Assembly: GCA_903851235.1 (NCBI GenBank)
Contig: CAINNR010000030.1
Span: forward strand, 13,210-77,209
Origin: an uncultured Candidatus Berkelbacteria bacterium
GTDB taxonomy: Bacteria > Patescibacteriota > UBA1384 > XYA2-FULL-43-10 > CAINNR01
Reading direction: 5' to 3'
Length of the DNA: 64,000 bases
Shown here: in pieces, positions 42,811 to 52,891 of the stretch
Numbering within the stretch: position 1 is the first letter of the stretch
How the letters are laid out: every line of letters begins with the position of its first letter
Made by a program: the position numbers and the translations under genes
The notes under the pieces: model-generated
The model's input: only the letters and a program-made list of their open reading frames with translations
Database searches by the model: none
What the model was told of the DNA's origin: nothing

Positions 42811-43050
42811 TTATTTATCTGCGGTTTTGGTTTTTGCTTCCCTGAATTTGGTTGCGGCTTCTTGCCTTGCGCGGAATTTATCAATTCGGCCGGCGGTGTC
42901 CATCAGCTTTTCTTTGCCGGTGAAAAACGGATGACATTGTGAACAAATTTCAACTTGAATTTCCGGCACCGTGGCGCCAACTTCAAAAGTATTCCCGCAT
43001 GAGCAGGTAACTTTGGCTTTATGATATTGTGGGTGAATGTCTTTTTTCAT
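42811..43050 (-). CDS. rpmE: 50S ribosomal protein L31 (Zn type)
   Basis: [21 protein letters not shown]. Confidence 0.97.
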   Translation of the reverse strand: MKKDIHPQYHKAKVTCSCGNTFEVGATVPEIQVEICSQCHPFFTGKEKLMDTAGRIDKFRARQEAATKFREAKTKTADK

Positions 43051-43136
43051 AACAAAATAATGATATCATTAGTTGAAAAAAAAATCAAGCCACCGGTCGG
43101 TTGATGGCTTGTGGACAGAAGCTGCCGGTGTCAGGA

Positions 43137-43361
43137 TTATTCCAGTCGCGATGCAATGACCAAGCCGACGGCGATAGCGAAGTTGTCAGCGGTGAATTCC
43201 GAGATATCGATTCCGAAGAGTTGCGCTGTCGCGGTGTAGTAAGTCTTTGACCAATCGAGGATTTCTCTGTGTTTCTCCGAAGTGATCTTTGAATCCAAAT
43301 TTGATCGTAACATTATTTTAGCCTGATCCAGAATCATGGCAAAAAAATCAGCTGGGTGCAT
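43137..43361 (-). CDS. Orphan 74-aa protein in self-contained unit
   Basis: GGAGGT SD, TTGAAA-17-TAAGGT (43427..43399), terminator at 43076-43111. Confidence 0.65.
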   Translation of the reverse strand: MHPADFFAMILDQAKIMLRSNLDSKITSEKHREILDWSKTYYTATAQLFGIDISEFTADNFAIAVGLVIASRLE

Positions 43362-43464
43362 TTCGATACCTCCACCGGCGGAATAAGATAGCGATTAAAC
43401 CTTATCAAACTATTGAACTTTTTTCAAGACTGTGATAGAGTTTTATTGATAAGCAAAGTATTTA

Positions 43465-43573
43465 TTAAATCACACACTTCTCTCAATATCCTTGTCCCAA
43501 TTGGGGATTAATGTGAAGTGGAGGATCCCACTATGCCCGAAGAGCTATGTGGGACTAAAGAAGGAGAATTTTA
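43465..43573 (+). promoter_or_regulatory. Probable rpsB (S2) autoregulatory leader
   Basis: CACAC...GTGGAGG with cacttc/gaagtg stem, and a second tccca...tggga hairpin before the SD. Confidence 0.55.
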
Positions 43574-44281
43574 ATGGAATCACCGACCCTTCGCGAGATG
43601 CTCGCAGCCGGAGTCCATTTTGGTCACAAGCGGGCCAGATGGAATCCAAAAATGGAGGAGTTTATTTTTGCGACCAAAAATGGCGTTTCGATCATCAACT
43701 TGGAAAAAACCAAAATGATGTTGGATAAAGCTTTACAAGCTGTAACCGACGAAATCAAAGCCGGCAAAAATCTGGTTTTTGTCACCAGCAAGCGTCAAGC
43801 GCGAGAAATTGTTAAAGCGGCGGCCGAGAGTTGTGGTATGCCATACGTTGTTGAGAAATGGCGTGGAGGAACTTTGACCAACTATGCCGTGGTTTCAAGA
43901 AACTTCAAAACTCTAAAATCGCTAAATGATCAGATCGCTAGCTCCGATTTTGCAAAAATTTCAAATATCGAACAAAACAAAGTTAAGGAAAAAGCGGCGA
44001 AACTGGAACGGATTTTTGGCGGACTTGCCGAATTAAAAAAACAGCCGGACATTCTTTTCCTTATCGGTGCTCACGATGAACAGATCGCGCTTAAAGAGGC
44101 AAAAAATCAGGGAATCAAGGTTGTCGCTTTGGTAGATACGAATGCCGATCCCAGGGAAATTGATTGGCCGATTCCGGCCAATGATGATGCGACAAAATCA
44201 ATTAAAATAATCGTTGATACTTTTGCAAAAGCAATCGCCGAAGTTAAACCGAAAGCAAATTCGGTTAATGAGTCGAATTAA
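43574..44281 (+). CDS. rpsB: 30S ribosomal protein S2
   Basis: AGVHFGH, WNPKM, GGTLTN, PANDD. Confidence 0.97.
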   Translation: MESPTLREMLAAGVHFGHKRARWNPKMEEFIFATKNGVSIINLEKTKMMLDKALQAVTDEIKAGKNLVFVTSKRQAREIVKAAAESCGMPYVVEKWRGGTLTNYAVVSRNFKTLKSLNDQIASSDFAKISNIEQNKVKEKAAKLERIFGGLAELKKQPDILFLIGAHDEQIALKEAKNQGIKVVALVDTNADPREIDWPIPANDDATKSIKIIVDTFAKAIAEVKPKANSVNESN

Positions 44282-44306
44282 CCAATAAGACTAATTTGGA
44301 GGTTAT

Positions 44307-44897
44307 ATGGAAATTACAGCTAAAGAAATTGCCGCCTTTCGAACTAAAACCGGTTTGCCAATGATGGAAGTTAAAGCGGCCCTAATTGAAGCTGATGGCA
44401 ATGAAGAAAAAGCTATCGAAATACTGCGCAAAAAAGGTCTGGCAAAATCGGAGAAAAGAGCTGATCGGGCGACGGCAAACGGTCTAATCGATTCCTATGT
44501 CCATGCCGGCCGAATTGGTGTTCTGACCGAAGTTCTTTGTGAAACTGATTTTGTAGCGAAAAACGATGATTTCAAAAACTTTGCTCACGAAATTTCTTTG
44601 CAAATTGTCGCAACCGCTCCGAAATATTTGAAATCGGATGAAATTCCGCTTGAGGAAATTGAAGCTGAAAAGAAAATTTATCAAGAGCTTGTAAAAGAAT
44701 CCGGCAAGCCGGAAAATATCATCAGCAAAATAGTTGACGGGAAAGTTGAAACATATTTTGCCCAGGTCTGTTTGTTAAACCAGGCGTATTTTCGCGATCC
44801 CAAAATGACAGTCTCGGACTTGTTAAATGAGTTTACTGCTAAAACCGGTGAGAAAATTGTGATTTCTCGCTTTGTAAGATTTGATCTTGCTTGCTAA
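44307..44897 (+). CDS. tsf: Elongation factor Ts (short form)
   Basis: TGLPMM, CETDFVA. Confidence 0.96.
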   Translation: MEITAKEIAAFRTKTGLPMMEVKAALIEADGNEEKAIEILRKKGLAKSEKRADRATANGLIDSYVHAGRIGVLTEVLCETDFVAKNDDFKNFAHEISLQIVATAPKYLKSDEIPLEEIEAEKKIYQELVKESGKPENIISKIVDGKVETYFAQVCLLNQAYFRDPKMTVSDLLNEFTAKTGEKIVISRFVRFDLAC

Positions 44898-44956
44898 GAT
44901 GAAACTGAAAGCGAATTAGATGAATAGAGCTTATCGGACTAATTGGAGGTAGACAT

Positions 44957-45514
44957 ATGATAAAAGAAATCATCAAATCAATCGAGCCGAAAATGAACGG
45001 CGCAATTATTAATTTTGAGTCGGATTTGAAAAATATTCGCACCGGTAGGGCTAGCGCCGGATTAGTGGAAGATATTATCGTCTCCTACTATGGCGCAAAT
45101 ACTCCACTCAAGCAGATGGCTTCAATTTCTGTTCCGGAGCCGACAATGCTCGCGGTTACACCATGGGACAAGCAATCTTTGGGTGATATCGAGGTGGCGA
45201 TTAAAAATGCCGATCTTGGACTTTCAATTGTTAATGACGGCAACGCTGTTCGAATTTCTCTGCCGCCGTTAACCGGCGAACGCCGAGAAGAGTTGTCACG
45301 TCAAGCGCAAAAATTAGCCGAAGCTGTTCGAGTATCAGTTCGAAATATTCGTGGCGAGGCTTGGGAGCAAATTCAAAATTCCCTTAAGAACAAGGCGATT
45401 TCAGAAGATGAAAAATATCGCGGAGAAAAGGAATTAAACGAATTGATTGATCGAAAAAATAAAGAAATTGAAGGGATCGTTGCGACAAAAATTTCTGAAT
45501 TAAAAACTATATAG
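44957..45514 (+). CDS. frr: Ribosome recycling factor
   Basis: IRTGRA, PPLTGERR, RVSVRNIR. Confidence 0.96.
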   Translation: MIKEIIKSIEPKMNGAIINFESDLKNIRTGRASAGLVEDIIVSYYGANTPLKQMASISVPEPTMLAVTPWDKQSLGDIEVAIKNADLGLSIVNDGNAVRISLPPLTGERREELSRQAQKLAEAVRVSVRNIRGEAWEQIQNSLKNKAISEDEKYRGEKELNELIDRKNKEIEGIVATKISELKTI

Positions 45515-45597
45515 TCTATAAACTGAGAGATTAGCATGACGGATGTAGAACAAATCACAAATTTTCAAATTAACTGTAAATCGTCATTTAGATTATC

Positions 45598-46692
45598 ATG
45601 ACATTTCTTACTATAATAATCTTCATTTTTATTCTCGGGCTCTTGGTTTTTGTCCACGAGCTAGGTCATTTTGTCGCCGCCAAATTAGCGAAAATTAAAG
45701 TCGAGGAATTTGCTTTCGGTTTTCCGCCAAGAATTTGGTCAAAGAAAAAAGGTGAGACAGTATATTCAATCAACGCAATTCCAATCGGCGGCTATGTCAA
45801 AATGCTTGGTGAGGCCGAGGAAAGTCAGAGTAAAAGATCTTATTCTCAAAAGAAACCCGGCGTTCGGGCGGCGGTTTCAATCGCCGGTGTTTTAATGAAT
45901 GTTGTTTTGGCTTGGTTAATTTTAACCGTTGGATTTGCTGTTGGCATGTCACCGTTGGTTTCCTCGCCGGATTCAATTCCCGGCAAAAAACTTTCTTCAT
46001 CAATTATTGTTGCCGGAGTAGATGATAAATCGCCAGCTTCAGTTGCTGGGCTAGAATCCGGCGACATTTTGATTTCCGCTTCCGCTCAAGGAGAGCAATC
46101 AACGATTTTTGACAGTGCGACAGCGGTGACAAATTTTACTCAATCACATGACGGGAAAAAAATTGAATTGGTTTACAAGCGCGACGGTGTTGAAAAGTTG
46201 GCGGATATAACTCTTGCCGAAAGCGGTTTGAGCCCGCTGGGGATTTCAATGGTTGAAAATTCGGTTGTCAGAACTTCTTGGTATTGGTCGCCAGTTGTCG
46301 CGTTCCGCGAAATTATTCGAATTATCAATATCAATCTTGTTTTCTTAAAATCATTTTTTGCTCAGCTTTTTTCTCACGGACAAATTTCCAGTCAGGTTGG
46401 CGGCCCGGTGGCAATTTACATCTTCACTGGCATGGCGGTCAAAGCCGGAGCGATGGTGGTTTTGCAATTTATCGCTATTTTATCAATCAGCTTGGCGCTA
46501 ATAAACATTTTGCCATTTCCAGCCCTTGATGGCGGGCGTTTACTATTCATCATCTTGGAGAAAATTTTCCGCCGAAAAGTTGTTAACGACAATGTTGAAA
46601 ATATAATTCACACTATCGGTTTTGCTCTCATCATTCTGTTTGCCGTGATTGTCACCTATAAGGACATAATCAACCTGATTATCAAAAAATGA
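45598..46692 (+). CDS. rseP: RIP metalloprotease RseP (M50)
   Basis: HELGH, PIGGYV, PDZ, NILPFPALDGG. Confidence 0.95.
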   Translation: MTFLTIIIFIFILGLLVFVHELGHFVAAKLAKIKVEEFAFGFPPRIWSKKKGETVYSINAIPIGGYVKMLGEAEESQSKRSYSQKKPGVRAAVSIAGVLMNVVLAWLILTVGFAVGMSPLVSSPDSIPGKKLSSSIIVAGVDDKSPASVAGLESGDILISASAQGEQSTIFDSATAVTNFTQSHDGKKIELVYKRDGVEKLADITLAESGLSPLGISMVENSVVRTSWYWSPVVAFREIIRIININLVFLKSFFAQLFSHGQISSQVGGPVAIYIFTGMAVKAGAMVVLQFIAILSISLALINILPFPALDGGRLLFIILEKIFRRKVVNDNVENIIHTIGFALIILFAVIVTYKDIINLIIKK

Positions 46693-46734
46693 CGCTGATT
46701 TGCCGTTGTCCTCGGACCAGTTTAAGACCCGACT

Positions 46735-46759
46735 GATGCTGAAATAAATTCAGCATGAC
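46735..46759 (-). repeat. GTCA-tagged REP-like palindrome
   Basis: Minus strand GTCATGCTGAATTTATTTCAGCATC. Confidence 0.65.
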
Positions 46760-46790
46760 AATTTGTCCATCGTTAATATATAATAAATTT

Positions 46791-48002
46791 ATGAAAGCCT
46801 CAAAATTTTTATTGAAAACTCAAAAAGAGTTGCCGCGTGACGCCGATTCGGTTAACGCCAGTTTTTTAGTCCGTGCCGGCTATGTCCAGAAACAGATGGC
46901 CGGAGTTTATGCGCTTTTGCCCCTAGGATTTCGGGTTTATCAAAAGATTGAAAATATTGTTCGTGAAGAGATGAACAGAATTGATGGACAAGAACTTTTA
47001 ATGAATGTACTGCAAACTAAGGAACTTTGGCAGGAAACCGGTCGCTGGGACAAGGTTGAAGAGGTGATGTACCGTGTTGGTAATGACATCGGCTTGGCGC
47101 CAACTCATGAAGAGCAAATCACCGACATTGTCAGAAAAAAAATTTCATCATATAAAGATTTACCACTATCGCTCTATCAAATTCAAGTAAAGTTTCGCAA
47201 CGAACCGCGTGCCAAATCTGGACTTTTACGCGGTCGTGAATTTTTGATGAAAGATATGTACAGCTTTCATGCTAATGAAAAGGATTTCAAAAAGTACTAT
47301 AAAAGTGTTGCCGAGGCTTACGATAAAATCTTTGACAGAATTGGACTGGAGACAAAATTTGTTGCCGCCAGTGGTGGAATGTTTTCAGACTATTCGGATG
47401 AATTTCAGGTTATTTGTCAAACCGGAGAAGACACGATATATTTTTGCCAAAATTGCGATTTTGCTGAAAATGCTGAAATTTCCAAAATTAAAGCCGGCGA
47501 TAAATGTCCGAAATGCAACGGCACTATCAAAGAGGAAAAAGCGATTGAGGTTGGGAATATTTTTCCCCTTGGAACAAAATATTCGAAATCAATGGGAGCC
47601 AAATTCTTGGACGCCGATGGCAAAGAACAAAATATGATAATGGGTTGCTACGGGCTTGGTTTGACTCGAACGTTGGCAACTTTAGTCGAGGTTTATTACG
47701 ACCAGCAAAATTCGAAAATGATATGGCCAAAATCGGTCGCGCCGTTTGTGGTTGAAATTATTTCTCTGAACAAAAATATTGAAGCGGAAAAACTTTATGA
47801 AGAGCTGTTAGATAAAAATATCGAAGTATTGTATGATGATCGGGAAATTTCTGCCGGAGAGAAATTTGCCGATGCTGATCTGGTCGGTGCGCCGATCCGA
47901 ATTATTATCTCAGAGAAGTCTATTGCCGCCGGTGGTATTGAAATTATTCACAATTCAAAAACTGAAATTGTTTCTATTTCCGAAATATATACGAAACTCT
48001 AA
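46791..48002 (+). CDS. proS: Proline--tRNA ligase (short, no editing domain)
   Basis: PTHEE, FRNEPRAKSGLLRGREF, EVGNIF, MGCYGLG. Confidence 0.96.
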   Translation: MKASKFLLKTQKELPRDADSVNASFLVRAGYVQKQMAGVYALLPLGFRVYQKIENIVREEMNRIDGQELLMNVLQTKELWQETGRWDKVEEVMYRVGNDIGLAPTHEEQITDIVRKKISSYKDLPLSLYQIQVKFRNEPRAKSGLLRGREFLMKDMYSFHANEKDFKKYYKSVAEAYDKIFDRIGLETKFVAASGGMFSDYSDEFQVICQTGEDTIYFCQNCDFAENAEISKIKAGDKCPKCNGTIKEEKAIEVGNIFPLGTKYSKSMGAKFLDADGKEQNMIMGCYGLGLTRTLATLVEVYYDQQNSKMIWPKSVAPFVVEIISLNKNIEAEKLYEELLDKNIEVLYDDREISAGEKFADADLVGAPIRIIISEKSIAAGGIEIIHNSKTEIVSISEIYTKL

Positions 48003-48119
48003 TTTTTCTCTTTAGCTCAATCATTGACCTAATAAATTTGAAAATATTTGATTAATCTTTTTCACTTCCGTACTTTTCAGTCTGGAAGTAAAAACTGAAC
48101 CTTTGAGTTTGGTATTTAT

Positions 48120-48147
48120 AAAAAACGCGACTCAGTTATGGGTCGCG
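48120..48147 (-). terminator. Terminator of 48160..48582
   Basis: A6 then cgcgactca-gtta-tgggtcgcg. Confidence 0.75.
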
Positions 48148-48159
48148 CAATAGTTGTGA

Positions 48160-48582
48160 TTACTTTTTACTGTCAGATTTCACTGTAGGTGCTTCTGCGG
48201 TCGGTGTTTCAAATTTTGGAAAATCAGATGCTTTAATTGCTATCCTAACACGGAAATCTGGGTCATTCGGTTGACAAACTTGCAGCCTTACCACGAACAC
48301 TGTGTCGTTAACCTTAATACTTTTGTCCCCAGTTACCTCCCAATGGCAAAATCCGTCTTTGTCGGCAACAATTATCTTGTACAGTCCAGTTGAATTGATT
48401 GGCACTGATCCTCGGGCAACGACTCCAGCAAGAATTGTCGATGATTTAGCAATGTCCGGCAGGAAATTGGTCTGACCCTCAAGCCTCTCTGGACCTCTGG
48501 ACAAACGCATGGTAAAATGGCAACCAGCAGAACACGTCATGATAGTAGCAATAACTGCCAAAACCAAGTAGCAACGCTTCAT
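48160..48582 (-). CDS. Orphan putative lipoprotein in antisense unit
   Basis: MKR plus hydrophobic stretch and SAGC lipobox-like motif; GGAGG SD; TTGACA-17-TATATT (48650..48622). Confidence 0.7.
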   Translation of the reverse strand: MKRCYLVLAVIATIMTCSAGCHFTMRLSRGPERLEGQTNFLPDIAKSSTILAGVVARGSVPINSTGLYKIIVADKDGFCHWEVTGDKSIKVNDTVFVVRLQVCQPNDPDFRVRIAIKASDFPKFETPTAEAPTVKSDSKK

Positions 48583-48643
48583 GGTAGGTCGCTCCCTCCA
48601 ATGTAGTTGAAGACTAAGAATAATATATACTTATTTATTTAAA

Positions 48644-49903
48644 ATGTCAATATCAAAGGAACAATTGCAGAATTTACCTACCGGGCCGGGTATTTATCAA
48701 TTCTATGATAACTCTGGCGGGATTTTGTATATCGGTAAAGCGAAAAATTTGCGCAATCGTGTCAAGTCATATTTTCAAAAGTCAGAGGATTTGCAGGAAA
48801 CCCGATCGGAAGCGATTTTTCAAATGGTTGGGTTAGCCAATCAAATTAAAATTGTCGAAACTGATTCGGAAATTGAAGCGGTTTTTTTGGAAGCCGAGTT
48901 GATCAACAAAATTAAACCGAAATATAATTCAAGACAAAAAGATGATAAAAGTTTTCAGGTTATTGAAATCTCAAAAGATGAAATTCCCAGAGTTGAACTT
49001 CGTCGGACGAGAAATGTAGACTTGAAAAATAAAAACTTCTACTATTTTGGACCGTATCCATCCGGCGATATTGTAAAACGAGCGCTGCGAATTTTACGAA
49101 AAATTTTCCCGTTTGCAAATTGTTCGCAAACAAAATATCGCCGAGCTGAAAAAATATCCAAAGCTTGCCTCTACGGTGACATAAATTTATGTTTGGCGCC
49201 GTGTGAAAAATCATCAATCCCAGAATGTAAAAAACAGGTCAGCTATTTAAAAGATTTTTTATCCGGCAAAAAACAAAAGATTATTCAATCGCTGTCCAAA
49301 GAAATGACTGATTTAAGCCGAAGGAAAAAGTATGAAGAGGCGTCTGTTATTCGCGATAAATTATTTGCTTTGGAACATCTAAACCGATTTTCTGTCGGGC
49401 TAAAAGATAGTTTTGATGATTTTAGAACTGGTTCGATTTTCGCCAGAATTGAGGCCTATGATATTTCAAATATTGGCGGAGAATTTTCTGTTGGCGCAAT
49501 GACGGTGGTTTCTTTAGGAAAAATTGACAAAAGCGACTACAAAAAATTCAGAATAAAAACTGTTAGTGGCGCCAACGATATTGCTATGATGGTCGAGGTA
49601 ATCAGACGGCGATTTTCTAATAATTGGCCTCGACCGAACCTGATTGTCATTGATGGTGGCGTGACACATTTGAAATCAGTTAATTTTGAACTCCAAAAAT
49701 TAAAAATTAGTATTCCGACAATTGCAATCGCCAAGGGTCCAAATCGAGATAAGGATGAATTTCATTTCACTTCGCCGGAAATTGGAAAATACTTCCAAAA
49801 AAACCCCGAGTTAAAAAATTTTGCCATTATCGCTCGCGATGAAGCCCATCGATTTTCGCAGAACTATTATCGCAAATTGCACCGGAAAAATTTGTTGAAA
49901 TAA
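48644..49903 (+). CDS. uvrC: Excinuclease ABC subunit C (no C-terminal HhH)
   Basis: GIY-YIG, UVR, RIEAYDISN, IDGG, RDEAHRF. Confidence 0.92.
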   Translation: MSISKEQLQNLPTGPGIYQFYDNSGGILYIGKAKNLRNRVKSYFQKSEDLQETRSEAIFQMVGLANQIKIVETDSEIEAVFLEAELINKIKPKYNSRQKDDKSFQVIEISKDEIPRVELRRTRNVDLKNKNFYYFGPYPSGDIVKRALRILRKIFPFANCSQTKYRRAEKISKACLYGDINLCLAPCEKSSIPECKKQVSYLKDFLSGKKQKIIQSLSKEMTDLSRRKKYEEASVIRDKLFALEHLNRFSVGLKDSFDDFRTGSIFARIEAYDISNIGGEFSVGAMTVVSLGKIDKSDYKKFRIKTVSGANDIAMMVEVIRRRFSNNWPRPNLIVIDGGVTHLKSVNFELQKLKISIPTIAIAKGPNRDKDEFHFTSPEIGKYFQKNPELKNFAIIARDEAHRFSQNYYRKLHRKNLLK

Positions 49904-49912
49904 AAAACCCGC

Positions 49913-50431
49913 CTAAGTTGGTGGGTTGAAGTTTGAAGCCGTGTCCGGCACCGGTTTTGGTGACGGAGATAGGATTTTTTTGATCATCGATTTGACTAAA
50001 CTCCGCAAAGTCAGCGGATCTTTTGGTGACTGGTTCAGACAGAACCATGGCCAGAGATATACCGGCATCGCGATTCTTAGGATGTTGACCACAAACAGTT
50101 GATGCGGAAGAAGGAGTAACAGGAGACTCATGGTCCAAAAAACTAAAAACTGAAACAATCTGTACCCTCGGTTGACAATCAGCGGATTATTACTAAGTAT
50201 GTTACCTTCTCTGTAACAATGACTGGCCGGGAATAGAGCCATAAAACCGATAAAGATCCCAAAAATGGCAGACTTTGTGAAGTCTTTAAGTTCTGGGGCA
50301 AAATTAAGGGCTTGAAATGAGACGAAAATCCATATGACAATCAAATTCCAGCGATCGATTCCAAAAAATGCGGCGATTCGGATCAACCAACCGGCGATTT
50401 TCAGCAACAAGTTATCTATCCGCCCTGCCAA
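49913..50431 (-). CDS. Orphan multi-TM protein in antisense unit
   Basis: GAGGAG SD before TTG 50431; TTGATG-17-TAACAT (50500..50472); hairpin at 49906-49927 fused to uvrC stop. Confidence 0.65.
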   Translation of the reverse strand: MAGRIDNLLLKIAGWLIRIAAFFGIDRWNLIVIWIFVSFQALNFAPELKDFTKSAIFGIFIGFMALFPASHCYREGNILSNNPLIVNRGYRLFQFLVFWTMSLLLLLLPHQLFVVNILRIAMPVYLWPWFCLNQSPKDPLTLRSLVKSMIKKILSPSPKPVPDTASNFNPPT

Positions 50432-50511
50432 CGGAACCACTCCTCTCGAGCGAGTTCGGATTCGCAATGTCATGTTATCATCAATTGCAAAAAACATCAA
50501 TGAATGCGGGC

Positions 50512-50604
50512 AGATCTTTCGCTTCGCTTCTTCGGACAAAGTTATATGGATGTTGTCAGGATGACGTTACAATCAGTAAATCCCACGACTAGATCGGGGA
50601 TGAC
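50512..50604 (-). repeat. Pair of GTCA-tagged REP-like palindromes
   Basis: Minus strand GTCATCCCCGATCTAGTCGTGGGATTT and GTCATCCTGA...GCGAAGCGAAAGATCT. Confidence 0.6.
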
Positions 50605-50721
50605 GCAATCATATATCAGCCAATAATCATAAACCATCTAGCGCTACTTGCCAACATGATCTATAATAGTAGTATAGAGAAACGACGAATTATATTAAAC
50701 AAGAATTAGGAAGGAGAAAAT

Positions 50722-50988
50722 ATGAAAGAGGAAAAGGAAAAGGGAAAATTGGTTGGTGTTATCAGTCACTTTTTTCCCCACGTTTCGGCGGCGGTTTTGA
50801 AGGTAAAAACTCCAATCAAAATTGGCGACAGAATCAAAGTTGTCGCACCGATTGGCGAGGAATTTGAACAGGAAATTTCCTCGATGCAAATTGATCGCAC
50901 CGAGATTCAGTCGGCAAAAGCCGGTGACGAAATCGGCTTGAAAGTTGATCAAAAAGTTCATGAAGGCTGCAAGGTTTATTTGCAATAA
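50722..50988 (+). CDS. Small beta-barrel, translation-factor-II / U32 C-terminal-like protein
   Basis: VGVISHFF..., GDRI, SMQID, GDEIGLKV. Confidence 0.8.
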   Translation: MKEEKEKGKLVGVISHFFPHVSAAVLKVKTPIKIGDRIKVVAPIGEEFEQEISSMQIDRTEIQSAKAGDEIGLKVDQKVHEGCKVYLQ

Positions 50989-51121
50989 ATTTACCAAGTG
51001 ATCTTGTAGGCAATAGCCAAACAATATCCAAATTTCAATAATCAAATATTTGGAATTTGGCTGTTAAAATTTGTTTGTATCTTGTTTCTTGATTATACTA
51101 GCGAAGCGGGAGGGCAGAATT

Positions 51122-51865
51122 ATGCGTCGACCATTGATAATTGGAAATTGGAAAATGAACACCAACATCTCAGATGCTGTTGTTTTGGCGACAGTCATTC
51201 GCGATGGAGTTGAAGATATTTCAAATGTCGAAATTGTTATCTGCCCGCCGGCAATTTGGTTAACAGAGGTTTCAGAGATTATTCACAAAAATATCGGCCA
51301 TCTTGGACTCGGAGCGCAAAATATCCACTACCTGACTGATGGCAGTTATACCGGCGAAGTTTCTGCAACAATGGTTCGCGATGTTGCAAAATATGTCATT
51401 ATCGGACATTCGGAGCGAAGAAATAGTTTTGCCGAAACAAATGGAATTGTTGCGCGAAAAGTGGCGGCGGCGCTTGATGCCGGGCTAGTTCCGATTGTTT
51501 GTGTCGGGGAGAAGAAAAAGAGCGAGAAATCGGCGGTTGAAATTGTCAAGCAACTCAAGGAGTCATTGGTTGGTATAAACAAAAATGAACTTGAACAAAT
51601 TGTTGTTGCCTATGAGCCGGTCTGGGCTGTCGGCGCCGACGAGCCGGCAACGCCGGAATATTCTGCGCAGATTATCAACCAACTGCGAGCAATTGTTTCG
51701 CCTCAGACGCCGATTATCTATGGCGGCGACGTGAGCTCCGGCAATATCTACAGTTTTATGCAACGGCCGGAAATTGACGGCGTGCTTGTTGGACGTGAGA
51801 GTTTGAATGGGCAAAATTTTATCAAACTTTGCCGGATTGTGGCGGAGTATAAGAAAATAATTTAA
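51122..51865 (+). CDS. tpiA: Triosephosphate isomerase
   Basis: GNWKMN, IGHSERR, AYEPVWA. Confidence 0.93.
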   Translation: MRRPLIIGNWKMNTNISDAVVLATVIRDGVEDISNVEIVICPPAIWLTEVSEIIHKNIGHLGLGAQNIHYLTDGSYTGEVSATMVRDVAKYVIIGHSERRNSFAETNGIVARKVAAALDAGLVPIVCVGEKKKSEKSAVEIVKQLKESLVGINKNELEQIVVAYEPVWAVGADEPATPEYSAQIINQLRAIVSPQTPIIYGGDVSSGNIYSFMQRPEIDGVLVGRESLNGQNFIKLCRIVAEYKKII

Positions 51866-51895
51866 AATTCCGGCAGAGCCGGTTGGAGGGTTTTT

Positions 51896-52891
51896 ATGAC
51901 AAAAGTTGCAATCAATGGCTTTGGTCGGATTGGTCGAGCGGCGGCAAAAATAATATTGGACTCAGAGGATCTGGAGCTTGTTGCCATTAACGATCTTACC
52001 GATCCAGAAACTTTGTTATTTTTGTTGACCCACGACACATCTTACGGATTATTTGACAAAAAAATCACTTTTTCAGACAAGGAAGTTACCATCGATGATA
52101 AAAAAGTTTACTTTTTTGCCGAAAAAGAGCCGGCAAAACTGCCGTGGGAAGCGCTTGGTATTGATGTTGTAATAGAGTCAACTGGAGTTTTTTTAACCAC
52201 CGCCGATTGCCGCGACCACATTCGGGCAGGAGCAAAAAAAGTTGTAATTTCGGCGCCGGCCAAAGATGAGGAGACGCCAACATATCTTATCGGTGTCAAT
52301 ATGGACACATATCACGGCGAAGACATTGTCTCTAACGCTTCTTGCACCACCAATTGTATTGCGCCGGTGATCAAAGTTTTGAACGATAATTTTGGTGTTA
52401 AACAATCATTATTTACCACCGTTCACTCATACACTGCCGACCAGAACTTGGTTGACGGTCCGCACAAGGATTTGCGCCGGGCGCGGGCGGCGGCTTGTAA
52501 CATCGTGCCGACAACAACCGGCGCGGCGAAAACCGTGACCAAAATTATCAAAGAGTTAGATAAAAAATTTGACGGTTTAGCAATTCGAGTTCCGACACCG
52601 GTGGTTTCTTTATCGGACATTGTGGCGGTCACCGACCGACCGACTTCAATAGAAGAAATTAACAAAGCTTTTGAATCAGCGGCAGAATCAGAAATGCGGG
52701 AAATATTAACCGTGACAAATGAGCCGATCGTTTCCTCCGACTTAATTGGTAATTCGGCGTCATCAATCGTTGACATGAGTTTAACCAATGTCGTTGGCGG
52801 CAATTTAATCAAAGTTATTGCTTGGTATGACAATGAATGGGGATATTCCTGCCGCTTGGTTGAAATGGCAAAATTGATTGCAGAAAAATAA
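51896..52891 (+). CDS. gap: Glyceraldehyde-3-phosphate dehydrogenase type I
   Basis: INGFGRIGR, SNASCTTNC, WYDNEWGY. Confidence 0.97.
   Translation: MTKVAINGFGRIGRAAAKIILDSEDLELVAINDLTDPETLLFLLTHDTSYGLFDKKITFSDKEVTIDDKKVYFFAEKEPAKLPWEALGIDVVIESTGVFLTTADCRDHIRAGAKKVVISAPAKDEETPTYLIGVNMDTYHGEDIVSNASCTTNCIAPVIKVLNDNFGVKQSLFTTVHSYTADQNLVDGPHKDLRRARAAACNIVPTTTGAAKTVTKIIKELDKKFDGLAIRVPTPVVSLSDIVAVTDRPTSIEEINKAFESAAESEMREILTVTNEPIVSSDLIGNSASSIVDMSLTNVVGGNLIKVIAWYDNEWGYSCRLVEMAKLIAEK

Noticed and set aside
44898-44956. pyrH remnant between tsf and frr
   Set aside because: The short MKLKAN reading has no real similarity; pyrH is simply absent here.
48644-49903. UvrC truncated by the cassette insertion
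   Set aside because: It lacks the HhH domain, but I found no HhH remnant beyond the cassette and, from memory, short UvrC forms occur in reduced genomes.
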